From Callorhinchus milii (lineage: Eukaryota), in the NCBI RefSeq assembly GCF_018977255.1, contig NW_024704743.1, positions 58,220,001-58,284,000 on the forward strand: a stretch of 64,000 nucleotides of DNA, in the 5' to 3' direction. The translations under genes were made by a program, and so were the position numbers. Shown here in pieces: positions 25,150-37,300 of the stretch (positions are counted from its first letter, which is position 1; each line of letters opens with the position of its first letter). Below the pieces are notes generated by a model. That model did not search any database and was not told the DNA's origin. It worked only from the letters and a program-made list of their open reading frames with translations.

Positions 25150-25470
25150 ACATTGAGCAATATCATATTACTACCCCAACATACATCATACCTCACCTGC
25201 AACAGAGCTGAACCTCTCATCCACGCCTTTGCCACCCGCAAACTTGATTTTTCCAATGGCCTCTCCTCACCACCCACCCCACTATTCACCCTCCACAAGC
25301 ACCAGACCAGTGAGCTCTGCGAGCTCATCAATCCCATCCTCATCTACTCCTAGCTTCATAACCCCTCCCCTAATCCATCAAATAAAAGCTCCTTGTCCTT
25401 ACTTTCAAATGTCTTTGTGGCCTTGCACCACCTTATCACTGCAATCTCTTGCAAGTCTCCTCCCTTAGCT
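25150..25470 (+). mobile_element. Old L2 ORF2 fragment
   Basis: AEPLIHAFATRKLDFSNGL in ORF 25069-25353. Confidence 0.65.
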
Positions 25471-27138
25471 CTGCCAAATTGTGACCCGCACCCTGAAGTC
25501 TTGAAGCAATAAAGAGATGACAATTATAACATTGTCATTGAAACAAAGCATAAAGCGCAGTTGTAATTCAAGGAAATACATTATTTTGTTCATGCAAATC
25601 TGATGCAAGCAAATTCCTGAACTCCACAAATTGCTATCTCAAGCAACATCAGCATTGCTCTTCACATGATCAGCAAAGACATGGCATTCTGTTATGTTCT
25701 GATATCTTTGTATGACCTAATACCTCATAATTTCACTGCCTCACATAATAATGAATATAAATGACAAATGTTATTTAAAATGACTAACACAGAACTATTT
25801 TCAAATCACAATGCCTTGTCTGCATGTGCAGTGTCATGGCACAGTTGCACTCTTTGGATAAACACTAAATGTGATAGGTTTCATTTGTAAAGACTCGTGA
25901 GGACAGACTGAAAACCTTTTATATTATCCAAGTTTCACATCATTATGATTACAACACAATCCACTTAAATACACAGAGACATTTTACCACGACTGACAGA
26001 TTGAGTTCATGTTAACAGGATGTTCCTGTCAACTGAGCTCTTGAAAAAGAAGTGGCCACTGATACATTGGAATGTTTGAAATAATCTCTGGGCAGAAATT
26101 TACGATTTCGCATATGCTAATTATCAACAGTTATAATTATGTGAAGGACAAAAGTTGTGGTCGTTTTTTGTAGTCTTAGTCACTCGTTTGGGGTTGAACA
26201 TTCCTCCAACATAATAATAATATTAATAATGACAATAAACCTTGCATTTAATACAACGATGATTATCACATTACATACAGTACAACCCCTTACTTTGTTG
26301 CAAAGCTAAAAACAAAAAAATTGGTTCAATACTGTAAGCAAAATAGAAGCTCCTGGGATTAAAGGGACAATGGTAGCATGGATACAGAACTGGCTGGGAG
26401 ACAGAAGCAGAGAGTGGTGGTGAACAGTTGTTTTTCGGACTGGAGGGAAGTGTGCAGTGGTTTTCCCCCAGGGGTCAGTATTGGCACCACTGCTGTTTTT
26501 GATCTATATAATAAATGATCTGGATTTCAGTATAGGGAGTACAATTTCCAAGTTTGCAGATGACACTAAGCTGGGAAAAGTAGTAAACAGTGCGGAGGAT
26601 AATAGCACACTGCACATGGACATAGACAGACTGGTAAAATGAGCAGAAATGCGGCAGATGAAGTTTAATGTGCAGAAATGCGAAGTGCTGCATTTTGGGA
26701 GGAAGAATGAGGAGAGGCAATATAAGCTGATGGTATAATCTTAAAGGGGGTGAAGGAACAGAGAGACCTGGGGGTTCCTGTTAAAAAAGCATATGGGATA
26801 CTAGACTTTATAAATAGGGACATAGAATACAAAAATCAGGAAGTTTTGATGAACCTTTATAAAACACTGGCTAGGCCTCAGCTAGAGTACTATATTCAGT
26901 TCTGGGCACCACACTTTAGGAAGGATGTCAAGGCATTAGAGAGGGTGCAAAGGAGATTCACCAGGATGGTACCAGGAATAAAGGACTTCAGTTATCAGGA
27001 GAGGCTAGAGAAGCTAGGATTATTCTCCTTGGAGCAGAGAAGGTTAAGATGAGACTTAATAGAAGTTTTCAAAATTATGAGGGGATTCGATAGGGTGAAC
27101 AAGGAAAAACTATTTCAACTAACAGGTGGATCAGTAAC

Positions 27139-27849
27139 AACAACAACACGATTACATTTGTATAGCACCTATCACGTCGGGAGGACATCCCAAGGCACTG
27201 GACAGCGTACAGGATTTCAGACCTGAGCTGAGGTCGGGGGGGGGAGAAGGGAGGGGAAGGGGGGGTGACCGATGGCATGGTCGAAGAGGAGTGTTTTGAG
27301 GCAGGACTTGAAGCAGTCCTGTAGCTCAGTGGTTAGAGCACTCGCTTTGCAAGCGAGAGACCTGAGTTCAATTCCAGGCAGGGCGAAACCTTGGGCAAGT
27401 TTCCTTACTCCACACGCCTAATAATAATCCCTCCAAAACAAAAAACAATAATAAATTGGTCATTTTCAATCCATGACTGTTTGTGGGACATTGCTGTGCG
27501 CAATTGGCTGCTGCGTTCGCCCACAAATATACAGTCAATTCACTTTACAGTGTGTTCTGTGAAGCGCTTAGGGACGTCCTCCCAACGTGAAAAGCACTAT
27601 ATCAAATGCAAGGATTATTATTATTATTATTATTAAGGAGGCTAAGCAGGGGGCACGGCAGAGTGATTGGGGAATGCAATTCCAGAGGTTGGGGCAGAGT
27701 GCCTGAAGGCTCTCCCGCAAATGGTGGGGCGGGTTGGTCGGCGGACATGGAGCAGGCCGGAGCTGGCTGAGCGGAGGGAGCGGGCGGGTTGATAAGCGGT
27801 TAGGAGGTCGCAGAGGTAGGGTGGGGCGAGGCCACGGGGGGCTTTGTAG
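27139..27849 (-). mobile_element. L2 3' end inserted in CR1
   Basis: (CAA)n tail at the left end; minus-strand YKAPRGLAPPYLCDLL; GTAAC on both flanks. Confidence 0.92.
27314..27634 (+). mobile_element. Young tRNA-headed SINE (type A) inserted in L2
   Basis: AGTCCTGTAGCTCAGTGGTTAGAGC...CAAGG(ATT)n, AAG on both flanks. Confidence 0.96.
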
Positions 27850-28274
27850 GTAACCCAAAGACACCGATTTAAAATAGTTGTTAAAAGAAACAGAGGGGAG
27901 GTGAGAATTTTTTTCACATAGCGAGTTGTTCGGATCTGGAATGCATTGCCTGAAAGGGTGGTGGAAGCCGATTTGATAACAGTTTTTAAGAGAGAAGTAG
28001 ATCATTATTTGGGGGGACAAGCTTGCAGGACTATGGGGAGAGAGCGGGGGAGTGGGATTGAATTGGATAGCTCTTTTGAAAAAGCCGGCACAGACACAAT
28101 GGGCCGAATGGCTTCTTTCTGTGGTGTATAATTCTATGATTCTATGAATACAAATAACTGGACACACCAGTTTTTGCACCTGACCTGGGGGTAGTGGATT
28201 CCATAACATTGGAGTGGATCTGTCATCTCATGTTGTCCCTTATTTCAGGCAAATCCTGATAATACCCCCAAATT

Positions 28275-28880
28275 GCACGCATTCATAACACTCAGGCTTG
28301 ACTATGCAGACTCCCTGCTTGTTGACCTCCCCAACTCCTGGTTCCATAGGTTGCAGATCCTTCAGAACTTTGCAGCCCATGTCCTCTCCCACACCAGGCT
28401 CCATGACCCAGTCACCCCCATCCTCGCCAGACTCCACTGGCTTCCCATAACACAGAGGATACAATTCAAGATCCTCACATTCAAAGCTCTCCATGGCGTT
28501 GCTCCACCTTATCTCGGCAACCTCCTAACCCCCTATCAACCTGCCAGGGCCCTCCACTCAGTAGGGTCAGGCCTGCTTCACATCTCCCACCTCTCCTACC
28601 CCAACATTGGTGGGTAGGCCTTCAGCCACTCTGCCCACACCTTCTGGAACTCCATCCCGTAGTCTCTCCGCCTCGTCCCCTCCCTTGCTTCCTTCAAGAC
28701 CCATCTCAAGACCCTCCTCTTTGACTATGCCTTTGATCACCCTCCTTCCCCCCTGGCCTCCACCCTCCCTGACCTTGACCCCCAGCTCAGGTTCGAAACA
28801 CTTATTGTCCAGCGCCTTGGGACATACTCCCGACGTAAAAGGAGCTATACAAATGTAATTTTGGTGTTGTTTGTTGTTGC
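28275..28880 (+). mobile_element. L2 LINE 3' end
   Basis: ORF 28273-28617 HAFITLRLDYADSLL...LHWLPITQRIQFKIL; GTT-rich tail. Confidence 0.93.
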
Positions 28881-29319
28881 TGTCAATCAAGCTGTGAGGG
28901 TGATGCTTGAAAACCTCCTCTTCCTGGTTGTCATCTCAGCTTTCTGTAAAATCCACCCTGAAAGGGCTCCTTCTTCAAAGAAATCAACATGGAATACACA
29001 CATAAGTCATCAGCTTCCATCAGCTGAATAATATCTAAACTGATTAGTTCTCACAGTGCCTTCTCGCCTCAAGCTCTGACACCCATCAATCTCCAAGGCT
29101 CCTCACTCAGGTTTGCTGTTCTGCTCGACCCTCAGCTCCACATTTGGTTCTGGCTAATGCCAAATTGGAGTGTTTTTGGCAATCTCGAGGCAACACTCAA
29201 ACAGTGGAGGACCTCATGAACAACAGCAATGAATGATACCATGTTCAGTGAGAGCGGTGCTACACAAATCCATAAAAACACTTATTTGTGTTGCAATATT
29301 CACAATAGGGCTCTAACAC

Positions 29320-29580
29320 TCATTGAAACATGTTTCATATCCTTTCCATCTCTGGGATATTTCCTACTTTCATCCTTGCTTCACCCACTCCATCACTAAA
29401 ATCTTCATTCATGCCTTTGTCATCTTGCGAATAGACTTCTTCAGTGCACTATTTATCAACCTCTTGCTCCAACCTCCACAAGGTCCAATTCATCCAAACT
29501 CTGCAGCCCATATTCTCTCCAGCATCAGGCTTCATACAATCACTAATCCTGACCCCACCTGACAAGTTCCACTAGCTCCC
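29320..29580 (+). mobile_element. Old L2 ORF2 fragment
   Basis: IFIHAFVILRIDFFSAL...NSAAHIL in ORF 29323-29562. Confidence 0.65.
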
Positions 29581-29935
29581 AGGATAAACTCCCTTCTCTT
29601 TTGGCGGAATGTCATGGGATCTTCATTGTCCACCTGTACAATCTATCTCTGGAATGTCCATGTGTAGGTACGATGCCTGGAATCAGCATTAGTTTGGATA
29701 ATCTTAAGGATGGTGATGGGTTTCCGCATGTGACAGATACCCGGCTGACCAAAATAAAGCCTGCACAGGCACAAGACTTTGGTTTAAGATCTCATCTGAA
29801 GGCTAGCACCTCCCACAGTACTGAAATACTCCCACACTGCACTGGAGTTCAACTTAGACTGTGACCTCAAGGTCCCAACATGGAGCTTGACCCCACAACC
29901 TTCTGACTCACAGGCTGGAATGCTACCAGCTGACA
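29581..29935 (-). mobile_element. Deu-domain SINE (5' two-thirds) with a 119-bp insertion
   Basis: Reverse-complement Deu core and head (CACAACCTTCTGACTCA...TGCTACCAGCTGACA); insert at 29641-29759. Confidence 0.75.
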
Positions 29936-30889
29936 TTTCCATGTAAAAGACATATTGGTATTCCTTAGTTTATTATTCCCATATTGGCAAATGAGATTAC
30001 AAGAGCATATTAGAATTGTTTTTGCTTACTAAATCAAATAAATTGAATATTGATATAGAATGTTATTTGTTTACCCAAGTTAAATACGTTTTATGATTTT
30101 TCCAAAGCAAATGACATGATAAACCTTTGCTGCAGGAAAAGGGTTAACATTAAAGGAAGTTGAAATAATAATCTCAGAAGATGCCCCATGTTCTGTTTGA
30201 TGAAGCAATGACCCTCTAGCACTCCTGGTTCTAGTTTTAAGATTTGATCAATGACCTTGGGATATTAAAAAAATCATTATATCCCATCTTATCAACAAAC
30301 AATGGGTGCTCCAGCAAGCAGGAAAACTGCATCTTGCCTCAGGCAGGATGAGTTTTTTCACGTATACTCATGATACTTGTTTTCAGTGGGAGAATAAAAT
30401 ACCAATGACAGCTCAATCAACTGAGAGGAAAGGAGCTGTTTATTTCTTTCTACTAAGTATATTCATTTCATACAAAGTAAACATGTTATTTTTTATCAAA
30501 AGATTGCTGCATTGTGCTGTCCGTGTGCTCTTTGGGAAGCTAATGGACTACCCTCAGTCCTAAACCTTTGTATACAGTACAGTCTCTTTGAGAAACTCAC
30601 AAACATAGATTCCAAGGTTGAATGACACTAAGTTATGATGTTCCCGATATAGATGGTTTATTTTGCATACATCATTATTCACTCGCAAGTATTTTGTTTC
30701 TATGATGAATTTCAGTTAAAAAAAACATATTTTTCAGTTAATTTAATTTTTATTAGTGATGGCCAGATTTATTAATGCAGATAGTAAGAGGCAATTGAAT
30801 GAAATTCATAGGAGCATTTTGCAGACTATATGCAATTCTCATGGCAATTTACTGACCAAAAGCAAGCACTACTTTTTTAATGTTACATT

Positions 30890-31147
30890 AGATTCCCCAG
30901 ATAATGATTCAATTGTGTTAGCCAGGATACTATTCTCTTTCAAATAGTGCCATGTTATTTTAACATCTGCTTGAAGAGTAAGACTAGTTTACTATCTCAT
31001 CTGATGCATGGCATCTCTGACAACGGAGCATTCCCAGTCCTGTACTGGAATGTCAGTGTGTACTATGAGTTCAAGTCCAGAGATTGGTCTTAAACCTGCA
31101 CATTTCTGGCCCAGAGCAACCATGCTACCAACTGAGACAAGCTGACA
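30890..31147 (-). mobile_element. Old Deu-domain SINE
   Basis: TTCAAATAGTGCCATG...TCTCATCTGA...TGCTACCAACTGAGACAAGCTGACA. Confidence 0.7.
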
Positions 31148-31189
31148 ATTTGTTCAGTTATTTTATTCTTGCGCCAATTTTGTCTTGTC

Positions 31190-31535
31190 TCCTCCTCAAA
31201 AAACCCTGAAGGTACTTGACTCCTTTTGCCTGTTACTGGGGCACGGTTCCATATGTGCCAGAAGCCCTCTGCCAAATGGCATTATTCTTGTGTAAGCCTT
31301 GAGTATCAGCCAGCTATTCAATTCTAGGTTGCCATAGGACCCAAGCTCTATCGTGCCCTCGCCTGCTGTCCATACATATGCATCTTCAGCACGAGTCATT
31401 GGATAGTGCTGAGGAGCTGGAATCCTGACCAATTTTCTACTGCCTAACCCTGGGGACTCAGGCCAATTGTTGGCTGAGCCCAGCACAGCCTGAGGATACA
31501 ACTTGGGACCTTCTTCTACTCACTGAATAAACCCA
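31190..31535 (-). mobile_element. Probable ancient SINE of a different family
   Basis: Minus-strand start AGAAGGTCCCAAGTTGTATCCTCAGGCTGTGCTG resembles a decayed tRNA B-box head; the body does not match other repeats in the window. Confidence 0.35.
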
Positions 31536-31789
31536 CTGTACTTTTAAGCAAATTCATATGTTTTTAGCTCTATTGTCCTTAACACCCCATGTTTGCTTAG
31601 AGAGATCAAAGGCCTAATGTCAGACTTGGTTAAGTGCATAACCACGATTAGTCCTGCCAATTTCATGACTTATGTTTCTATCATGGTTAAAACTTAGTAA
31701 ATCCAAAATTGGAATGTGATCAGGTTGGTGATAACCATACATAGTAACTGTCGTTAATCCTGTGCCATCATGTCTGACAGTCTGAAATA

Positions 31790-31965
31790 AGCCAGTGAAA
31801 CCATGTGAGGATAGAGGTGATAGGCTTGCGGATCCTAGTGCAGGAGAGGACACAAGCTGCAGAGTTCTGAATGGTCTGCGGCTTATGGAGGGAAGAACTG
31901 TGAAGTCCAGTGAGCAGAAAGTTGGCATAGTCTAGGATGGACATGATGAAAGCAAGTGTAAACCA
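31790..31965 (-). mobile_element. Old L2 ORF2 fragment
   Basis: ORF 31768-31977 AFIMSILDYANFLLTGL...IQNSAACVL. Confidence 0.7.
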
Positions 31966-32467
31966 AATGTAAACCACTAGAATACATGGTGTACTAATAA
32001 AATAACCTTCCAGGACTTATTTGTAGGACTTGTGAGTTGGATCAGAATGCACAAAGTGACCTAGGGTTAGGCTATGTATATGGAAAATACCAAATAATGT
32101 TGAATGAGCTATACTGAGCATGTGTTGTGAATATTCTCAAGGAGAATTTTTTTTAAATAGGGTTTTTCATTTGCATCTAAATTTATTATAAACACCTTTG
32201 GGTTCACTGACTGGATCTGTGATTGAAGTTGTATTGGATTTTTGCAGAGAGCTGCAGAGATCACAAGGTAGCAGGTATGTCTGTGACCTCTGAATTCATC
32301 AAACATCTGTCTGTATATTAGGTCCCTTTGTCACAGTTCTTGTCATTAAATGGCACATTTTTTCAGGTGAGATGAAATAACATTTCACCTCAGACATTTT
32401 CTAGTAAGTAATCTATCAATTTGGCATGCCTAAAAGGAGTGATGTTTAAGCACTAGACTGGGTTATA

Positions 32468-33208
32468 TAATAATAAAAATAACCATTGTATTTGATACAG
32501 CACTTTATCATGTTGAAAGGTCTCAAAGTTCTTCACAAGGATTTTCCTTTAAATGTAACTGAATTTGTAGGCAAATTGTGCACAACACCATTCCACAAAC
32601 AGCCATGAAGTGGAGTCCTGTAACTCAGTGGTTAGAGCACTCGCCTTGTAAGCGAGACACCTGGGTTCAATTCCAGGCAGGGCGAAACCTTGAGCAAGTT
32701 TCCTTACTCCACATGCCTAATAATAATCCCTCCAAGAAACAAAACAATAATAAATTGGTCATTTTCAATCCACGACTGTTTGTGGGATACTGCTGTGCAC
32801 AATTGGCTGCCGCGTTTCGCCCACAAATGTACAGTCAATTCACTTTACAGTCTATTCTGTGAAGCGCTTTGAGACGTCTCGAAGACATGAAAAGTGCTAT
32901 ATCAAATGCAAGGATTATTATTATTATTATTATGAAGTGAATGACCAATTTTATCTGGAGGTTGTTGGCTAGGATGCCAGGAGAAAATCCCTACTCTTTT
33001 TATAAATAGCATCTACTTGAATAAACAGATGCCATCTTGGAGTAATATCTCATCTGAAGAACAGCACATCTTACAATGCAGTGCTCCCCCAGCACAGCAC
33101 TGGAGTGGCAGCCTGGAGACTATGAGCTTGAAGTCCCAACGTGGGGTTTAAATCCACAATCTTCTAATTCAGAGGTGAGAGTGCTACCAACTGAGCTAGG
33201 TTGACACC
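32468..33208 (-). mobile_element. Old Deu-domain SINE interrupted by a young SINE
   Basis: Tail at 32468, Deu core and head to GTGCTACCAACTGAGCTAGGTTGACAC; continuous across 32611-32933. Confidence 0.85.
32611..32933 (+). mobile_element. Young tRNA-headed SINE, full length (tail type B)
   Basis: TGGAGTCCTGTAACTCAGTGGTTAGAGC...(ATT)n; ATGAAG(TG) duplicated at 32605 and 32932. Confidence 0.96.
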
Positions 33209-33414
33209 TGTGAAAGTCTATAATGAAAGGCAGTGATGGGATGTGACTGGCTAAGTGGCTAATTCACAAGATCATAAGATTACAAAACAAGTTCAGTTGA
33301 AGATCATTTGGCCTCTTTTCTCCTATCTTTCCAGAATACTTACCCTTTTGTACTCCCACTATTTCTAAAAATGAGACCGGAATACTGGCTCACTTTCTCA
33401 CCTACACCGAACGC

Positions 33415-34100
33415 CATACACCCATCACCCCAGATCTTACCAGCTCCACTGGCTTTCTTTCTCCCAATGGATCTATTTCAAAGTCATCACCCTCACCTTG
33501 AAACTCCTTCAAGCCCTAGTACCTCCCGTCTCTGTAATCTTCTCCTACCCCATTCTTCTGCTTATCCCTCTGCTCAGGAAACTCTGACCTGCTGTGCATG
33601 TCCTGTCTCCTCTGGCCTAATATGGGTGTCCAAGCTTTCAGCAACTCTGTGACAATGCTCTGCACTCTCTATCGGTCTTGAAATCCCCCCTTAAAAACCT
33701 ACTTCTTCAAACACTCCTATGGTCATTTCCCCCCTTCCCTTCTCTCCTCCTGCTCTTCTATTGCTCATTGTCTAAACTGTCTCTGTGAAGTCACAGGGGT
33801 GGTGTTTCCTCTGTGGGGGCCCCGTGCAAAGCTTGATTCTGGGGTCTGACCAGTATTGCCAATAGGCAGGGTTGCCAGAAATTTTTCACACACAGTACAA
33901 CAAAAATACAGCCAATCGGATATGAATCTGCCCCATCTCCCAACAGGTCTCCGGGCAACTGAACTTCACTGGAGCAGCCACATATTTAAGCTGTGCTGAG
34001 GTATCCATAATTCTGAGCAACCCCTCCCCCACCCCCATCCCCACCACTGCCAAGGCATTATCCTATGTGAAGGACACTATATAAATGCAAGTTGTTGTTC
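33415..34100 (+). mobile_element. Old L2 3' end with a ~255-bp interruption (33794-34049)
   Basis: CCCATCACCCC...CTCCACTGGCT body; tail GGACACTATATAAATGCAAGTTGTTG at ~34070-34099. Confidence 0.6.
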
Positions 34101-34149
34101 TATCCCATCCATGTACATATACTTCATTTTTTTTACTTCCTATGTGGAG

Positions 34150-36870
34150 TAACTTGTGCTTATTTGTACTGAATTTAATTTGTTAATCTTCAGCTCATGT
34201 TCATACCTTATCAATCTACCTTATTGTTTCTGCAGTTCACCACAACTTGGTGTTATCTGCAAATGTCACTACCTTGCACTGTCTGAAAAATCTAAGTCAT
34301 TAATACATATAAGGAACAGGGGGTTATAATGCAGATAACTGAGGCACCCCACTTAATACCTCACCATTTTATGACCTTGCTTCCAATCGCTATCTTCCAA
34401 TTCCTTACTTTCGTCAATTTTTAATCCTTGTCCATGCTTTACCCTTGATACCATTGCTAACAGTTTGTGAAGACATTTCTGATGTGGTACTTTGTCAAAT
34501 GCCTTTAGGAAGTCTAGGCGCACTACATCAAATGGCTTCCCACAATCAATTTGGATGTCACCTCCTCAAAAAGTCTATGAATCTGGTCAGACAGGATCTA
34601 TCTCTTCTGAATCCATGCTGGCTGTCATTTATTAAATTATTGTTATTCAAGAGTCTTCCATTTTCTTCCTGATGATTGATTGAATACATTTTCGAATTAT
34701 TGAGGTCAGGCTTTTGGGTCTGCAATTGCCAGGTATGGTTCTGTCACATTTCTGCAACACGGGAACCATATTTCATAGAATTATAGAATTATACAGCACA
34801 GAAGGAAGCTATTCGGTCCATCGTGTCTGTGCCAGCTCTTTGAAAAGGCTATTCAATTCAGTTCCACTTCCCCGCGCTCTCCCCACAGCCCTGCAAACTT
34901 GTCCCCTCAAATAATTATCTAATTCGCTCTTAAAATTTGTTATCGAATCGGATTCCACCATCCTTTCCTTCCACCAGGAAATGCATTCCAGATCTGAACA
35001 ACTTGCTGTGTGAAAACATTTCTTCTCACCTCTCCTGTTTCTTTTAACAACTATTTTAAATCAGTCCTCGGGTTACTGACACACCCGCCGGTGGAAATAA
35101 TTTCTCCTTGTTCGCCCTATCGAATCCCCTCATACTTCTGAAAACTTCTATTAAGTCTCCTCTTAACCTTCTCTGCTCCAAGGAGAATAATCCTAGCTTC
35201 TCTAGCCTCTCCTGATAACTGAAGTCCCTCATTCCTGGTACCATCCTGGTAAATTTCCTTTGCACCAACTCTGAAGTCTTGACATCCTTCCTAAAGTGTG
35301 GTGTCCAGAACTGAACACAGTCTCTCGCTGAGGCCTAACCAGTGTTTTATAAAGGTTTATCATAAATTCTTGACTTTTGTATTCTATGGCCTATTTATAA
35401 AGCCTAATATCCCATATGCTTTTTTAACAGCTTTATCTACCTGTCCTGCCACCTTCAAAGATTTACTTATATGAACCCCCGGGTCTCTTTGTTCCTTCAC
35501 CGCTTTAAGATTGTACCATCGGCTTATATGGCCTCTCCTCATTCTTCCTCCCAAAATGCATCACTTCGCATTTCTGCACATTAAACTTCATCGGCCACGT
35601 GTTTGCCCATTTTACAGTCTGTCTATGTCCATTTGCAGTGTGCTACTATCCTCCTCATTGTTTACTACTTTTCCTGGCTTAGTATCATCTGCAAACTTGG
35701 AAACCTAGGATGCATCCCGTCTGGACCGGGTGAGTTATCTACCTTGAGCACTGACAACCTTTTTAGTACCTCCTCTCGGCTTATTCTTATCTTAACCAAT
35801 CTCTCTACCCTCTCCTCTGATACTGTGGCATTGGCTGCATCCTCTTCTTTTGTGAAGACAGATGCAAAGTACTCATTCAATAAGTCAGCCACGCCCTCTG
35901 CCTCCATAAGAAGATTTCCTCTTTGGTTCCTAATTGGACCCACCCTACCTTGACTAACCTTTTATTCCTTATATGCTTATAAAATACCTTAGGGTTCCCT
36001 TTTATGTTACCCGCTAATCTTTTTTCATACAATCTCTTTGCCCCTCTTATTTCCTTTTTCAGTTCTCCTCTGTACTTTCTACATTCTAGTTGATTATCCC
36101 ATTTGCTTGGGTTTCACATCTTCCTTGACAGCTCTCCTTTTGGCATTATGTTTTGCATTTGCTTCTATGTCCCTTTCCAGTTACCTCTTGGCTTCCCTAA
36201 TCTTGTTTTAACCTTTGGTTGGAAACAGCTTTGTATTGAAGCCAATGGTCACCCTCTCCTTTCTCCCTATACATATTGTAAATCTTCCTTTTATTCTTAA
36301 TCTCCCTTTTTTATTTTCCCTTTGATCCAAAGAAACATTTGTGTTTATTTTGCCCCTGATTCACTTGTTTGTGTACTTCTCCTGCCTGCTCTGCATAATG
36401 TTTTCTAAGGATGTCCATTAATCCTCAGCTGATTTGCTCTTGGGTTGTCCCTCCGAGTCGAAGACGTTAATTAGCCCTCATACCCCTGAAGTTTATCTGT
36501 CTAAAGTTGTACACTGGTGTTTGGCTATGTACTGTACCATTTCAAAAGTCAAATTGAATGTTATTGAGCCATGGCCATTTCTCCTAGTGGTTCAACTAGT
36601 TCTACTCCCTGAATAGTGTTAGATTCACTGCCTGAATCAAGTAGAGAACGGTCCCTTGTGGATTTCCGGACATATTGGCTCAGGAAGCATCCAGGCATTA
36701 CATTGACAAGCTCAGAGTCCTTTCCATTTGGTCATTCACAGTTAATGTTGGATTGATTAAAGTCCCCATATGTACTATGTTACTTTTTTTCGCTTATACT
36801 CCCTAGTATTGTCATAAAGTGACAAGTCATTCTTCCTACTTTTGACCTAGCACTCTGATGGCAACCCCCA
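34150..36870 (-). mobile_element. Old CR1 LINE (RT part 34150-34770; endonuclease part ~36100-36870) split by a younger CR1
   Basis: Minus-strand remnants PGNCRPKSLTS and DFFEEVT on the left; GDFNQSNIN, FLSQYVRKSTR and VYNFRQINFRGMR on the right. Confidence 0.7.
34773..36090 (-). mobile_element. Younger CR1 LINE with internal deletion
   Basis: (ATTCTAT)n tail at 34773; ORF 35056-35268 LGLFSLEQRRLRGDLIEV; ORF 35665-35943 LLNEYFASVFTKE...SPGPDGMHPR; same family as the 26335 copy. Confidence 0.93.
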
Positions 36871-36999
36871 AATGTTAGTTTGGCGTTTTCATCATTGAGC
36901 ACATTTAATCAGATAATTTCATACCATGATCGATACTGCAATGCTGGCTCAGCTGTTTTAACCTCACAATTGTCCTTTAGATATATGCACTCCTCACTC

Positions 37000-37300
37000 G
37001 TTTCCCTAGCCCCAATATTCACAAGCTCCATCTCATCCAAAAACTGCCACCTGCATTCTCACCCAACCAAACTCTGCATGCTCATCATCCAAGTCTTTGC
37101 CAGTCTCCACTAGCTGCTTTGTTTCCAGTTGATTGATTTCAAGATCCTCACCTTCACTTATAAATCCTTTCACATTCCGGCACCTCCATACCTCTACCCT
37201 ACTCCTGTCCGTGCCACCAATGGTGTTTAGTTTCTAAATCCATAACCTCCACAACTCTCTCCCTCTAGCCTACCATCATGCCTGCTCTGAATACATCCTG
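37000..37300 (+). mobile_element. Old L2 fragment
   Basis: CTCATCCAAAACTGC...GATTTCAAGATCCTCACCTTCACTTATAAATCC...GCACCTCCATACCTC. Confidence 0.65.

Larger units (their letters stand above)
26335..28146 (+). mobile_element. CR1 LINE, RT-containing 3' half, interrupted by L2 plus SINE
   Basis: PQGSVLAPLLFLIYI..ISKFADDTKL (26457-26642), LYKTLARPQLEY..QFWAP (26750-27052); resumes at 27850; (ATTCTATG)n tail. Confidence 0.95.

Noticed and set aside
27314..27390. tRNA gene (also heads at ~8945-9019, 16705-16777, 19950-20024, 32611-32685)
   Set aside because: A/B boxes and anticodon arm are present, but there is no 3' acceptor strand and each continues into the same SINE body.
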